Source: Eledone cirrhosa (lineage: Eukaryota). Taken from it: a stretch of DNA of 64,000 bases. The notes beneath the pieces were generated by a model. It did not search any database, had not been told where the DNA came from, and saw only the letters and a program-made list of their open reading frames with translations. Made by a program: the position numbers and the translations under genes. Positions 1-15,700 of the stretch are shown one piece after another. How positions within the stretch are numbered: the first letter of the stretch is position 1; each line of letters begins with the position of its first letter. The DNA is taken from NCBI GenBank assembly GCA_964016885.1, contig OZ024743.1, positions 14,384,001 through 14,448,000 on the forward strand, written 5' to 3'.

Positions 1-118
1 ATGTTCAATGACTGCTTGACGGGATCTTCTGAGATCCCGTTAAGTGTGAAAGCAGCGATTCTTTGCTTAAACTTTCATTTGTTATTTTAATAAATATATA
101 TACAGTATATATATATAT

Positions 119-230
<112 letters not shown>

Positions 231-464
231 ATGTGTGTGGGGGTTGGGTGCATGTGTGTGTGTGTGTATGTATATATATAATACTGAAACGAAATTATCG
301 GATAGTGCCCAAATGCCTTCGATCGTTTTCCAATACATCCACTGCTTTAATGAAGCCAGTATCATTAAGATACCAACCTAAATGAGAGTGCAGACTAATA
401 TGGTAACTAGCCTGATAAACGATTTCGTTCGGTAGAGAACTTGATTTTCTGATCCCACATTAAT

Positions 465-548
<84 letters not shown>

Positions 549-549
<1 letters not shown>

Positions 550-1534
550 TATATGAATTATAAGAATGAAAGAACTGTTCAAAACAGTTTTATGCTTACA
601 ACTGTTTCCTCCAAACCGAGGTTTGGATTCTTCGGAGCAATTTATTAATGAATGAACACTTATATGACCTCCATTTCACCCAAGAGACATACAGATACAT
701 ATGCAAATATTGTGGGTCAACATTCATTACAGCATTTAGAGTGGCAGTACATACTTAGAGATTACATTCATATTAAAAGATACAATCAAAAATACAGGTT
801 AAAATACAACATGAAAATAAGCAGTTATATAGTGCAAAGGTTATATGTGTGGCAAGCACGTGTGTCTTATTTATATTGTGTGGCAGAGAGTTACGTGTAG
901 TAGAATCACTTAAGTAGGTAAACAAGAGTGTTAGGTTGGTTGATCTGGTGACAAATTCTTTATATGATTGTTATAGTCTGTGTGTGGAGAAATAATATAA
1001 GCATTAAAAATAATGTTCTTCTACTACACGTAACTCTCTGCCACACTATATAAACAAGACACACGTGCTTGCCACACATATAACCTTTGCACTATATAAC
1101 CGCTTATTTTCATGTTGTATTTTAACCTGTATTTTTGATTGTATCTTTTAATATGAATGTAATCTCTAAGTGTGTACTGCCACTCTAAATGCTGTAATGA
1201 ATGTTGACCCACAATATTTGCATATGTATCTGTATGACTCTTGGGTGAAAAGGAGGTCATACAAGTGTTCATTCATTAATAAATTGCTCCGAAGAATCCA
1301 AACCTCGGTTTGGAGGAAACAGTTGTAAGCATAAAAATGTTTTGAACAGTTCTTTGATTCTTATAATTCATATAACTGCTCTGTAAATCATCTGATGTTT
1401 TTACATTGAGCTACTTAACTTACTGGTAATAAGGTAGTAATATATTACTGCCTACCACTATTTAGGGTTTATATAAAAATATATATAACTGCAAAAGCTT
1501 TTTGTATTTACATAACCATAAATAGTATAATTAA

Positions 1535-1537
<3 letters not shown>
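549..1537. mobile_element. Fold-back PLE pseudo-LTR pair (arms ~549-905 and ~1019-1374, plus tail to ~1537)
   Basis: About 355-bp inverted arms with scattered substitutions, a hammerhead motif in each arm, (TA)n on both sides. Confidence 0.8.
1285..1331 (+). ncRNA. Type I hammerhead ribozyme motif, U4C core (mirror copy 593-639, minus)
   Basis: tgct-CCGAAGA-a-tccaaacc tc ggtttgga-g-GAAA-cagttg-TA-agca: stem I tgct/agca, 8-bp stem II. Confidence 0.75.
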
Positions 1538-1609
<72 letters not shown>

Positions 1610-1620
1610 TAATACGTATG

Positions 1621-1661
<41 letters not shown>

Positions 1662-1665
<4 letters not shown>

Positions 1666-2130
1666 TGGTATTGGGGTTGATTCTTCTATATCTCTTTCTC
1701 TCTTTGAAGAGTACGGCCACTACTTTATATCCATGTAGGAGAACTCCTACCTATGCGCTGAACGAGTGTGACTTATTAGTCCAGCCAGCGACTTGAAAAC
1801 TCTGGTACAAACACTACACTTGTGACAATTATTGACACATAGTGCTGGGCCCATGGTACCATGTGACGACAAGTGCAGAGAGATCTCCAGATATAAAGCA
1901 ATGCCTGTGCCGTGAAGCTTTTATAGCGAGCAAAGGCACTGCACAAAGCCAGTCACACTCTCTTAACCAAGATGATATTTACCAAAAAGAAGAACAAGTC
2001 AACATCATTGGATACCATCAGAGTTGCAGGTGTTATATCAGAGTTTTCCTTCTCCTAGAATTCTGCCTTGACAAAGGCTAAGGGGTCATCTCTCCCGGTG
2101 ATTTTGGATGGCCATTGACTCTTAAGAGCT
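1662..2130 (-). mobile_element. RTE-clade LINE 3' end (C2H2 zinc finger + 3' UTR)
   Basis: Minus strand encodes [21 protein letters not shown]; ends in (TA)n; homologous to 47003-47415. Confidence 0.75.
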
Positions 2131-2257
2131 CCTTTATATACATACATACATGCATATATATATATTTATATATATCCACACATTTGCACACACACACATA
2201 TTAGTCCAGTAGAAACCATTTCTATATTTCCTTTATATACATACATACATACATACA

Positions 2258-2318
<61 letters not shown>

Positions 2319-2383
2319 ACACATTTGCACACACACACATATTAGTCCAGTAGAAACCATTTCTATATTTCTGTCTCTCTCTC

Positions 2384-2444
<61 letters not shown>

Positions 2445-5214
2445 ATACAGAGAGAGAGAAAGAGGAACACTAGGATAGAAGATGGGGTCGCAAATGTTTA
2501 AGTGTGTCCATTTGTCTATTTCGTGTTCGTTAAATTTAGATGCGTGCCTCTACATTATGAATTTATAAATACATACCTACACAAACACGATCCGTTTTAT
2601 ACGCAAAAGTAATCTATGTATGAAATGTAATCTATTAATTTTTATCGTTCGTGTGATTAATTAAAAGTACTTCCATTATATATTTTCTTTTATATTTCTT
2701 CATCCTTATTGAATATTGACTTTCTCGGTGCTGTCTTTCTTTTAATATTAATGCCGGTCTTCAGCAGACAATGTATTGTATAATAGACAATAAGACTTCT
2801 TAAAAAGGAAATGTAGGCTAAAAGGCAAAAAAGAAACAAAACAATTCAGACTATATTTCTGATTGATACAAGATAATTGTTAACTTATCTCATTTGCGTA
2901 TTTTTAATAGCTTGGCGTTGATAAATAAATCAGAACTGGCCAAGCAACGATGAAATAAAAATGATATTGATAAATACGTCCTAGACATCATATATAAAAT
3001 GTTAATGAATTTATTTATACACGAAAGAATCCTACATACAATTTCTTTTCGCTTTTCCTTTTATTTTTTTTTGTATTTAGAGAATATTTCACTGTACGTT
3101 TTTTGTTAAAATCAGACATATGTGTACTGGGTTCGAAGTTGATTTTCCTCTTTTGTTAGCCGCATATAAAAGAAACTAGAATTTGATTGAAAATAATAAT
3201 TATAAGTAAAAGTTATTGCGATCCTGGTTCGTCCACTTATATTGCAGTGTTTCCAAATGTATAATCCTTTACATTATGCCCTCCCATATGAATACAATAA
3301 GCTGGAATCGTACAATTAATTGAGATCTCCATGGTTATTTAACAAACAAGGGACTTGACCCAAATAAAACCACTTATTAGACGAACCCAGAGGGATGTTT
3401 GAGTATTGCAGATAAGGCAGATATTCTATTTACGACATGACACATTTCAGCACCTTAGTGAGTCATATTTAATATTCAGAATGGTCACCATATATAATGC
3501 AAAGTGATATACGAGATCCATTCAGTGGTCCAATAATTATGGCACCGCTCAAAACATTATACTTGCAATTTATAGTGTTAACGTTGTGTGTGTTAGTAAT
3601 ATTCACAGTCACACAGATACTTGGATCCTTATACGATGACTGAAGGTTTATGCAACATATCTTGAATATATACAAGAAAGGATTCATAGAGAGCAACACT
3701 CGTGATCAATCCTTAATCAAGTTATTGGAATCCTGTAATCTACAATTTCACAATGTCAATATTAAACCTGTTTCTTCTCTTATCAAATTAGAAATTAGTC
3801 AACGCTCCCGTTCTCAACACCGACACACTGAATATTTGAAATAATGCTGTGGATTTGTAAGTAACAATTAAATCTGGATAAGAGGGAATGCACGCCGGAG
3901 AGTTAAGTCTTGCTTTATTATATTTTACGTTATATTTTGATGTTGTTTCTCATATAACGTCTTGTATTATGTGGAGTTACTAAAGTAAAATAGTTGGTTT
4001 ACCTGCGCCAATCCGCATGGTGAGCAAATGGGTGGGGTCCTACGTGCTGGCCTCTCCACAGCCCCGGTGGACAGAATGGAGAAGGCGTTTCCCCGGGGAA
4101 TACATATACAAGAAGAGACAATCGATTGTTGAATTATGAACACTTGAATTTCACATTTACCTTAAGCAATTAACTTTCAGAGGAAGAGTATGAAAGTAGT
4201 TCACAATCTCTCCTTTTCCCAATAACAAATGAAGCAAATATATCAAACTTTAATTACAATAATTGACTTTTTCAAAATAATCCACATATCCCACATCGAA
4301 TTGCGTATTTACGATTTTCGACAAGATACATATCAGGATTAGAATAATTTACATGAAAATGTACACGCATCTTTATTGAATTTAAATCAATTTGTGTTCG
4401 ACAAAATATATATATATATCATTTCCCTTACGCGAATCTTCTTCTGTAAATAACATTTATTGATACTAATCTAAGATTCAAAGCATTTTTGAAATGTGAG
4501 ATCTTTTTAGATACATATTCTAAATGCCCACAAACGCACGAAACCGGGAAAAACAGAAGTAGAATAAATTGTTTGAAGTTTATATTGCATGCAAACACAA
4601 CAGGGAAGAATAATATTGGAAGGTGTAAATGTGATATTTACCATAATTTGACGATAAACCTCTCACAAACATCATATTATTTTGGAAATGTTTCCAAACA
4701 ATATAAGACACGTGCATGAGTTTGACTCATTTTGGGTGTAGGAACAGGATATTGTTATTGTTAACGTGAAAGAATGCAGCAATAACAAAACACTATTCTT
4801 AATATTCAAAGATACAGCTTTACAATTACGAGTATGTTTGTACTAATCAGATTATATCAGGCAACGCTTAATGTAGTAAACATAAGATATATCCGATAGT
4901 TTGAAATTGACGTTTGGCTATAATCAATTATATTCCCAGACAAGAGAATTCATAGAATTCTCGATAGATATTACTCTGTCAATTACAAACATCTGATGCA
5001 TCACAGATACATTTTTTGTTTCACGTAACTTCTAATGAAAATTTCTTATTAATTAACTTTGTGCTAACGACATCACACGAACGCACGCACACAAACACAC
5101 ACATGTATATATATATATATGAGGATGTGTATAATACACATGGATGCATACAAGCTATTGTTGGTCCATATTTTCGCATACGGGCATTTGTTTATAAACC
5201 TCTTTGTACAATGA

Positions 5215-6095
5215 TATTAATAATAATACTAATACAAATAAACATCTCCTGTATATGAATTATCTAAAGCTGTATGCTGAAAATGTAAGGCAATTCAAAA
5301 CACTGCAGAGGACAGTAAATGGTGTCACAAATGATATTGGTATGGAATTTGGACTACAACATTGTATCGAGGCACCTTTGGAGAGAGGAAATCTGGTACA
5401 AATCACTTATACAAGATGAAGAAACAGATTAGATGAGAGATCTACATATATTTTGTAATCAACGAGACATGGTACACCACGCACCAATGAAAGAAAGATC
5501 AGAAAGTAATACTACTGGCGGATTAGTTTACTACTCAAAACTGGTCTAAATGTAATGAATAATGTAAATGACATCAATGCTTTTGCGATCCCAGTAGTAA
5601 GCTACAGTTTAAATATTCTGAACTAACTGGAATAGAAAGAAAAAAACAAGACTATAATGACTGCATATAGAATACACCATCCAAAATAGGTGAAGAAATA
5701 TTATACCTACCACGAACACAATGAGATAGGAGCCTTATTATGCAACTATAAACTATTATAAAATACCTATTTTAGTTCTACAAAAATATCTAATGAAGTT
5801 CATACAAAAGGTCACGAAACATGAAACAAATAAAAACGTGTTCTCTGTATTTAATGAAGCCCGAAACTGGATTAAAGATAACTTTGAGGAAAATGTAAAG
5901 AGAAAGAAACAAGTGAAAGTGTAAAAAACATAAAATCTAAATTGAAAATAGTCTTACAAAATGCCATGTTAGATTGATAGGAGGAAAAAAACATATATGG
6001 ACAATATGCCACAAAGCTGAACACAAAATACGTAGACAGACAAAACTCATAAAACTGGTTGCGAAGCATTAGAAGGGTTTCTAATTGCCACTATC
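5215..6095 (+). pseudogene. R4/Dong-like (RLE-type) non-LTR RT fragment
   Basis: HLLYMNYLKLYA (HLLYMDDLKLYA motif), DIGMEFGL..C, NAFAIPVVSYS, HHPK...LYLPR. Confidence 0.75.
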
Positions 6096-6560
6096 AGAAA
6101 CATCCATACCCGTACCAATATTCCACTTAACTTAGCTAAGCGAATTAGTGCAATAGTTTCAAACTCACCAACAACAGACAACAAACTAGAAGAGATGAAA
6201 AGATACTCATCAAGGGAAAATACCCTCAGAATCGAGTCAGTAATGGCATTCAAAAATCAAGAGAAATTAATATTCAAGTACTCGGAGAAACAAAAAATAA
6301 AATAAAAAGAAAATGAATACCTTAAATTTCATGCTTAAACAAAAGCTCACGGAATTCTACAAACACATACAACTAAACCTAGCTATACTACTATAGAACA
6401 AATAAATGACAAACATCTTACAAAAATACCCAATTATATAATGTAAATTTCAACATAAGTCATTAGCTCAGAAATGCAAAGCTGCAAAATGGATTTAATT
6501 ACCTGAAGTGACAGGATGCTTACATCAGAGTGTGCAACTGTCTATTAGAAGGTCACGAAT
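6096..6560 (+). pseudogene. PLE RT thumb/linker fragment
   Basis: HP....NIPLNLAKRISAIVS resembles the PLE thumb motif NIP..LA.RI. Confidence 0.55.
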
Positions 6561-7164
6561 TTCACTGAAAGAATGTCCCATTTTCCAGTTTAAAATGTTT
6601 TCTGGTGCAACTCAGAAAATATAATATATAAGGAAGGTTTCCATGAACAATACATTGACAAAACAAGAATAACACTGTGACAATGAATAACAGTTCACGG
6701 GTAACAAGTTCCATACACGAGAAATATCCATCGCAGCTAATATGTAGAGGAATGCGGAGTGCAAAACTTACCAAATATCAATCTTGTCATTTTAACAATG
6801 TTGGCACACGACCTCAGTGGGAAAACGTATTGGCAAAATAAAGATGTTATAGAAAGGTTTAGACGATTTACAAACAATGTTTAATACATAGTCAGACCAA
6901 CTTTTCCTCGACAAAGGGACGCATATGTGACCAGCTGTGTCCTTTGTTTTATCAAAATCATAAGCGACAATAATTTTACGGATGGAAATGTTATAAACAG
7001 AGAGAGTTAAAGAAATGGGGAAACAGTTAATGGTCGTGACTGAAAGAGATACATAGAGAGAGAGAAGGAGATAGAGAAGGAAAATGGAAGAGAGAGAGAG
7101 GGGGAGGTGTAAAAAATATTTTTAAGTGAAGGTGAGGCAACGGGTCGCGGGAGGTCTAGTATAA

Positions 7165-7240
<76 letters not shown>

Positions 7241-7356
7241 ATCTATCCATCTATTTATCTCTCTCTCTATATATATATATATGTGTGTGTCTGAGTGTGC
7301 ATATGTGTGTGCGTATATATATATATATATATACATACACACATATGCACACTCAG

Positions 7357-7431
<75 letters not shown>

Positions 7432-7538
7432 GAGAGAGTGAGAGATAAATAGATGGATAGATAGATATGTGTATCCCACGTTACATCGGTGGTAACCACA
7501 GTAAGTAAAGAACTCAATATGTAGCAGAGTATAAATAA

Positions 7539-7661
7539 TTAATATAGAAATGACTCCACCAGGACTAGAACTGTTTCATTCGAAAGGAATCATCAGGGCT
7601 TTTCTGATAATTTTCTTCGAATGAAACGGTTCTAGTCCTGTAGAAGCCATTTCTATATTAA
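7539..7661. repeat. Mini fold-back of a PLE terminus with hammerhead-like cores in both arms
   Basis: About 57-bp imperfect arms. The minus arm reads CTGATGA-ttc..gaa-t-GAAA-cagttctag-TC. The same terminus (tagtcc.gtagaa.ccatttctata) recurs at ~2202, ~2342 and ~56015. Confidence 0.7.
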
Positions 7662-7669
7662 ATAAATAA

Positions 7670-7743
<74 letters not shown>

Positions 7744-8289
7744 TTTACGTATCGAGAAAGAGAAAAAAAGGGGGGATAGGTGATACATATAGTTATTTGC
7801 CAAGTAGCGTATGCCAAAGGTGCTCGATACTAGTGCCGGCAGTATTAAATATTCGAAGTGTTAATATTTAGTGGGCTAGAGAGTTAGCAGAGCGTAAGCA
7901 CGTGGGAAAGTAAAAATCGGAGAATAGACCGTTAAAACATGTTTATTTAAAATATCACCTACGTACGTTTCGCCCAGTTGGGCTTCTCAAAGGCATAAAT
8001 AATCACAAGTGTTCCATATATAGTTCGGAAAGAGTTTTGGGGGTTAAATCTACATCAAGATTCATTGCTCGCAAAAATATCTTGTTTTGATTTTGCAGCA
8101 GGTCAAGGGAGGTAGCTCTGGCCGGTGTTAGGGCAGACTTTCCCGGATAATTTTTTTTTTTTTTTTTTTTGCCGCATCCGTTTGTCTGAGGCTGGGTCTG
8201 GTATGCAAGGATTGTTTTCTGGGTGTTATTTTGCAGCGCCTGCCCGCCGGTCTGTTAAGTCTTGTTGCAGGGAGATCCAGTGTACTATT

Positions 8290-8883
8290 TCACTCTTCAT
8301 CCTTAACCCATCTAAAGAAGGATATTTTTAAGCGATGTGTACAACTTATCGCTGTTTCAGCTCTGCTGTTGATGAGCTCGTGGGGTGCAGTTATGATGTG
8401 GTAGAGCTCCATGAGGCAAAGATCGCATTTCCTCTTGAAGTTGTACGGTGCAGCCCTGCCGACAATCTCCCAGTGCGTGGAGAAGCTGATGTTTGAGTCC
8501 TTTAGTGATGTGATGTAGTCCGCGAGCGAAGTGGAGTGCCTTAGTTTTCTATTTGTGAAAGAGTGGAGAGGTGTTCGAAACCTAATTTTGAACGGGCCGG
8601 TGGTGGCCCCTATATAATGTTTAACGCTATTGTGGCTAGTAATAGTGCATCTATATATAACCCTATCAGTGAAGCAGTATCCTCTAAGGAGGCAGCATCC
8701 TCTGTCGCGGCAGTTGCAATTTCTGTCGCGGTTCCGTCTATTTCCCACGGTAAGGCTATCATTGTTGCTGCCTACGTTGTTACCTACGCTACCGCAGCTG
8801 TCGTTAGCACAATTACAACCCACAGCACGCGGGACGGTGCGAGTGTTATTCCGCACGTCATGTTCTGCATGTTCCCCAGTCAC
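8290..8883 (-). pseudogene. PLE GIY-YIG endonuclease fragment (5'-truncated element)
   Basis: CNCRDRGCCLLRGYC, VIYRC...HYIGATT..FKIRF, CDLCLME..I and ISCTH motifs. Confidence 0.9.
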
Positions 8884-9494
8884 TTCGCGGTCATTCTGGT
8901 TGCGTCTGCGGATGCCGTTGCCAACACTATTGGATGCTGCCAGGGAGTTGTTAAGGCCGATATAGTTATTGTCAAGTGTAGGTGCGTCTGTGTCGAGGTG
9001 CTGTGAGATTGTCGCACTGGGAGATTGTCAGCAGGGCTGCACCGTACAACTTCAAGAGGAAATGCGATCTTTGCCTCATGGAGCTCTACCACATCATAAC
9101 TGCACCCCACGAGCTCATCAACAGCAGAGCTGAAACAGCGATAAGTTGTACTCATCGCTTAAAAATATCCTTCTTTAGATGGGTTAAGGATGAAGAGTGA
9201 AATAGTACACTGGATCTCCCTGCAACAAGTCTTAACACCCCGGCGGGCAGGCGCTGCAAAATAACACCCAGAAAACAATCCTTGCATACCAGACCCAGCC
9301 TCAGACAAACGGATGCGGCAAAAAAAAAAAAAAAAAAAATTATCCGGGAAAGACTGCCCTAACACCGGCCAGAGTTACCTCCCTTGACCTGCTGCAAAAT
9401 CAAAACAAGATATTTTTGCGAGCAATGAATCTTGATGTAGATTTAACCCCCCAAACTCTTTCCGAACTATATATGGAACACTTGTGATTATTTA

Positions 9495-9534
9495 TGCCCT
9501 TGAGAAGCCCAACTGGGCGAAACGTACGTAGGTG
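9495..9534 (+). ncRNA. Minimal hammerhead, C3U/G8A core (mirror copy 7956-7996, minus)
   Basis: TTGAGAA-gccc aact gggc-GAAA-cgtacg(palindrome)-TA-ggtg; stem I is weak. Confidence 0.72.
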
Positions 9535-9589
9535 ATATTTTAGATAAACATGTTTTAACGGTCTATTCTCCGATTTTTACTTTCCCACG

Positions 9590-10889
<1,300 letters not shown>

Positions 10890-10900
<11 letters not shown>

Positions 10901-12200
10901 GGTCTGTATTAGTTGTTAGAGAAGATGTTGATGATCAATAGAGTGCGATAGGAATCTAGGGTTGAAAGTACAAGCGCGTGTGATAATGGACGGAGTATTA
11001 AAGAAATAGGGGAGTTGAATTGAGTCCAAGAGGGGAATAGGACCCAAGTCAGTGAATGAGACTTTGTGCAGTCCTGGTGCGCGAAGCCAGTGATCCATGG
11101 TGTAAAAAGAGACCCAGGACTGAAACATATGTGGAAGAATGACTAGGAGAACAGAAATGACGGGTAACACGATTATACAAACCGCATCGTATGTCCCTCA
11201 AATGCTCAGCAAAACGGTCCGCCATGCGGCGTCCCGTTTGTCCGATGTATAAAGACCCGCATAGGGAACACCGGAGCGCATAGCCAACGTGGGTGGATGT
11301 GCAGGTGAAAGAGCGGCGAATACGGAAAGACCCGTTAGGGCCTGTAAGAGAGGTGATGGTGGAAATGAAGGAACAAGTGTTGCAGCGGGGACGAGAACAA
11401 GGATGAGAGCCGGGTGGAGTCATGGGAGAGGACGAGAAGTAACTGCTAACCAGGATGTACCGGGGGTTGCGGGCGCGCTTTAAAGCAGTAATGGGTGGGT
11501 TTGGAAAAAGCGAGAAGTGACGTGGTCAGAAGAGAGGATGCGTAAGGAACGGAGGATATGTTGCCGGAGTGGTAGGGTGAGGGGGTGGTACATGAGAGGG
11601 AAAGGAACGCGTGTGTTGGGAGTGTGGGGGTGAGGTGAGAGGGATGTAGTGCGGTCTGTTTCAGGGGCGTGGGTGAGAGCATCTTGGATCTGCGTGGGGT
11701 GGGGGGGATATCCACGCTGGATGAATCAGGAAGCCATGTGAAGGGAATGGGTTTCAAAATCGTCGTCCTGGCTACAGAGCCGACGAAGAAGGAGGAATTG
11801 GAAATAGGGTATGGAGTATTTGGTGTGGGTTGGATGGGAGGAGGTGAATTCGAGATGAGATTGGGAGTCTGTTGGTTTAATGAAGATGGAAGTAGAGAGG
11901 GTGTGGTGAGAGTGATTAATAGATAGAGAGATATCTAGAAAAGGGACAGAAGAATCGGAGACGGAGGCCGTTAAATTGAGAGCAGGATGGAAAGATAGGA
12001 CAAAAGAAAGAAATCAGTCAAGCTGCTCGCGTGATAGAGAGGTGGCGCCGATACAGTCGTCGATATAACGACTGTATAGCTGAGGAGTCGGTCCAGCGTA
12101 CTGGGAGAAGATCTGGGCTTCGGTGTAGTCAACAAACATTTGGTATAGTTTGGACGGATTCTAGTTCCCATCGCTACCCCAGAGACCTGCTGATAGAATG
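10890..12200 (-). pseudogene. Neptune-type PLE RT + GIY-YIG remnant
   Basis: FYQQVSGVAMGT, RYIDDCIG (frameshifted), PC.RPRCNTC and FTCTST.V.Y..RCSLCGSLYIGQTGRRM.DRF.EH. Several frameshifts. The 5' side is cut by a SINE at ~12199. Confidence 0.85.
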
Positions 12201-12350
12201 TTTCTACATTTGCCACAAGGCCAGCAACTATCGCAGTGCATTATTGGTACTTTATTTTAATGACCCTGGCAGGATTCGACCTCAGACCGCAAAGCGACAG
12301 AAATCTATACTGCAAAGCATGGCGTCCGACTCTCTACCGATATTGCCAAT
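12199..12350 (-). mobile_element. Octopus-type SINE (internally deleted)
   Basis: Same family motifs. Confidence 0.7.
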
Positions 12351-12680
12351 ACACCATATATATATATATAACGCTCAACGTACCTATGTACAGGAACGCA
12401 CGATTAATAACATAGTGATGATATATAAAACAGGTAACAAGAAGTATTACTTTTAAATAAAACTTATCGAACTCTGACTATAGAAAATAAACGATAAGTA
12501 CTCACGTAAATTAGAATTTTAATTCGAAAATTTACTTAAGTTTCATAAAATGTTCAGAAACTTCAGCATGACCTGATTTTTAATCACGTGTACTGTGTAT
12601 ACTTTTCAAATTTGAATTACCAGCATAACAAAGAAATAAATCCATATATATATATATTTATATATATACAAATATGTGTG

Positions 12681-12737
<57 letters not shown>

Positions 12738-15700
12738 GTGTATAAATATACTTACATAATTAAAAAATATGTGTATGTGTGTTTGCGCGGGTGCCTAGGC
12801 ACCTGACTATGAACTGCATTAGCTTTTACTTGATTGCTGAGGATAAAAAATGTGAAGTAAACGAAGAATAGACATACAATACTAAGATCTTAGTCTGTAT
12901 ATCCTTATCTCAAAGAATATTATTATATTTGTTTATTCCGTATTTTCGAATAAAACTGATTTCTATGTTGTAATCAGTTAAAAGTGAAAGAATACAAATA
13001 TTGCCTGTACATAAAACTTATTGATTAGTAGATTTCCACTAGTGATGATGGTTATATTGTGATTATATTTATCTCTTTTTAATGACTGATGATCGTAAGA
13101 TAGATTGTGTCTTTGTATGCGTCTCTGGTTGTTATTTGTTGATGAGAAATTTGGATAATAATGTTTTTTTCGTTCAAATATTGCAGCTGCTGTAGAGAAT
13201 TTTATTGTTCTTTTATTACTTTTTGTTTTATAATATATAAATTTTATTTGCTAAATTCTACATGTTGATATTTTATTTTGTTTGTATTATAGATTACGTC
13301 CCATCTCCCTCAAAATCACTATTCACACATACATATAATGAACAACATTACATACGTTGCCATACGTGTGTTTTGCTTTTTTGCTGTTTGTATTTTATAT
13401 TAATGACTACATTCATCTTTTCAGAAATATAGGTATGAATTGGAGGATATTAACTGCGAGACTTAACAGTGAAATGTGTTATACTTTCGTTTCTATCTAC
13501 CAAATCATTGTGTGGTACGTCATTCTATTGTTGTTATATTGGATTAGTTTGTTACTTTATTATTGGATATACATTATGGAAATACTGAGCTAGACCAAAT
13601 ATAAACATTTTAAACTTAGACGTCACGTAATCTGTTTTAGGTCTGTTTTAGCCACTTATAATCGAGTGGAAAACACATTTAGTTATTGCTCAAGTTGATA
13701 CATTCTTTTTTTCTTTCGTTATTGTTCATATTGCTGTTTCAGCATTCGTCACACATTTTTAAGGAAACCTGTGTCGAAAACGCTACGACCCTGAAAAAGG
13801 CACTCAGATATGTTCACTCGGAATTCAAATATTAATTCTGTTGTCAACATTTAAAACGCTAAAGTTTTACTGCGTTGAGGGTTTGCTGATATAATAGTTC
13901 TGAATTGCAATCAATATTCACAGTTATAATGTAATTTTGTTTTTCAAATTGTATACTCTCATCTGAAGGAGGTCTATTTATCAGGTTATCCTATCGTATT
14001 TGCTCTTTGATTTCCTAAATAGATCCGACATTGGTATCCAGGGAATCCAGGGAATCATTGATTGGTCACCGTTTTGGAAGCCGTATTCTAGTCTTTCCTT
14101 CTGTCAATATATTCCGTTCTGAAGTAAATGTATTGTCATCATATATACCGTCTTTTCTGTAGGGGACATTCATATTTTGACAGATATTCCTCCGCAAAAG
14201 CATATAAATTACTAGTAATAAAGTAAGCGATGGTTTCAGGATATAATCCTACGTAATATGGACTGAAATAAGGACTGCGCTTGACATTGATTAGTATTTT
14301 TGCAGTGATTCCAATGGCCGATGCAGATATTATTATTGTTATTATCTTTTACTTCTTTTTTTTTGTTTCTCATGATACTAGTCGTAAACATTGCTCGGGT
14401 TTATTCAGCTGTAAATTCAAAACTTTTTTTGTATTTTTCTACTACTGGGTGGCCATCATACATACAGTGTTTATATTAAACTCATGTTCTCTACTAAATG
14501 TTTTGAATATCCTCAATACAAGAAATATTATTATCTAAGTGGAGAGGCCAAAAGTATTATGAGATAATTATTAATATATAATATCTGTTGCCTAATGATA
14601 ATTGTAACAACACAATAAGAGAACAACATTATGTAAATATATATATATAGAGAGAGAGATAGACAGGTCGATATAGATACATATATGTGGGGGCGGGTGG
14701 TATGTATGTTTCATTGATTCATTGCGCTTCTCTGTGTGTAGAAAAAGGAAACTAAATGATAAAGTGCATTACATAATATGAAGAATAATATGAAAATGGA
14801 ATTCCCTCAGTTATTCTTTAGAAAATACCTACATGGACACATAATGCTGGTTGGTGTAGCTAGTTGATGCTATAATTGATACCTATCTAATTAATATAAT
14901 CATATAGGGTCATTTATCGAAACACAAAGGCATTTGGCTAATATATATATAAATTCTTCAGCATCTAAAGCATTATGAGACAAATATTAGGAAAGAGCAG
15001 TTGAACGTATCTGAATGGTCTCATTGAAATAACCGACATTCAATGTCAACGTTTTCAAAAATAATTTTTATAGAGAATTCGAATTTAGGCATCCTATATC
15101 TAAACTATTGGTAATAATCTACTGCAACAGGACACTGACAAATTTAATTAATGAATCATATTTAGGTTATTTTATATAGGTTTCTACTCGAGTTAAATAT
15201 TTGGATTTGCTGCTAATACTAGGTTTTCCTCCTGGCAGATAAAGTACCTCTGTACGTATTACATTAATGAGATGTTTTATGATGGATATTATTCGTGAAA
15301 ATATCGGAATCTTCTTAACTACTTTAATATCAGCTAAATCACTATTCAGTAAAGCTATGCACGAACAATTCTGTATAAAATAAAATAACAGACTGTTATT
15401 AACGATACCCTCGTTTCGAACCATAGCATATGGGATAAATTTAATTCATCGAAACCTTTTGACATTCCTTGCCCCAGATCTGTATTTTCATGAATCTCGC
15501 TAAGCTATAGATTCACATAATTTCAGGAAAGGTGAGATCCGTTGATGAAAAAATGATTTCGCTCACCTTCGAAGTTCCATGAACAAGTATTAAGAAGTTA
15601 TCAATGTATAAATCACCTCAACGGCAATTTAATTGAATAGAATGGTCTATACGGTGAAATATAATTTAGGTGACGAGAAAATGATACACCGTTATAAGAT

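Noticed and set aside
280-465. Possible additional fold-back or hammerhead between microsatellites
   Set aside because: Only a weak ~20-bp inverted similarity and no complete catalytic core.
652-1272. Two nearly identical 82-aa ORFs on opposite strands
   Set aside because: A by-product of the inverted repeat; they are antisense to the hammerhead strand and have no recognisable domain.
549-1374. Palindromes as assembly or chimeric-read artefacts
   Set aside because: The arms differ by several substitutions and indels and have unique spacers, which argues for real, aged duplications. The youngest pair (60.4-61.7 kb) still needs a read check.
8563-9006. 147-aa Ala/Val-rich and 111-aa ORFs on the plus strand
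   Set aside because: Antisense shadows of the PLE linker/GIY-YIG frame.
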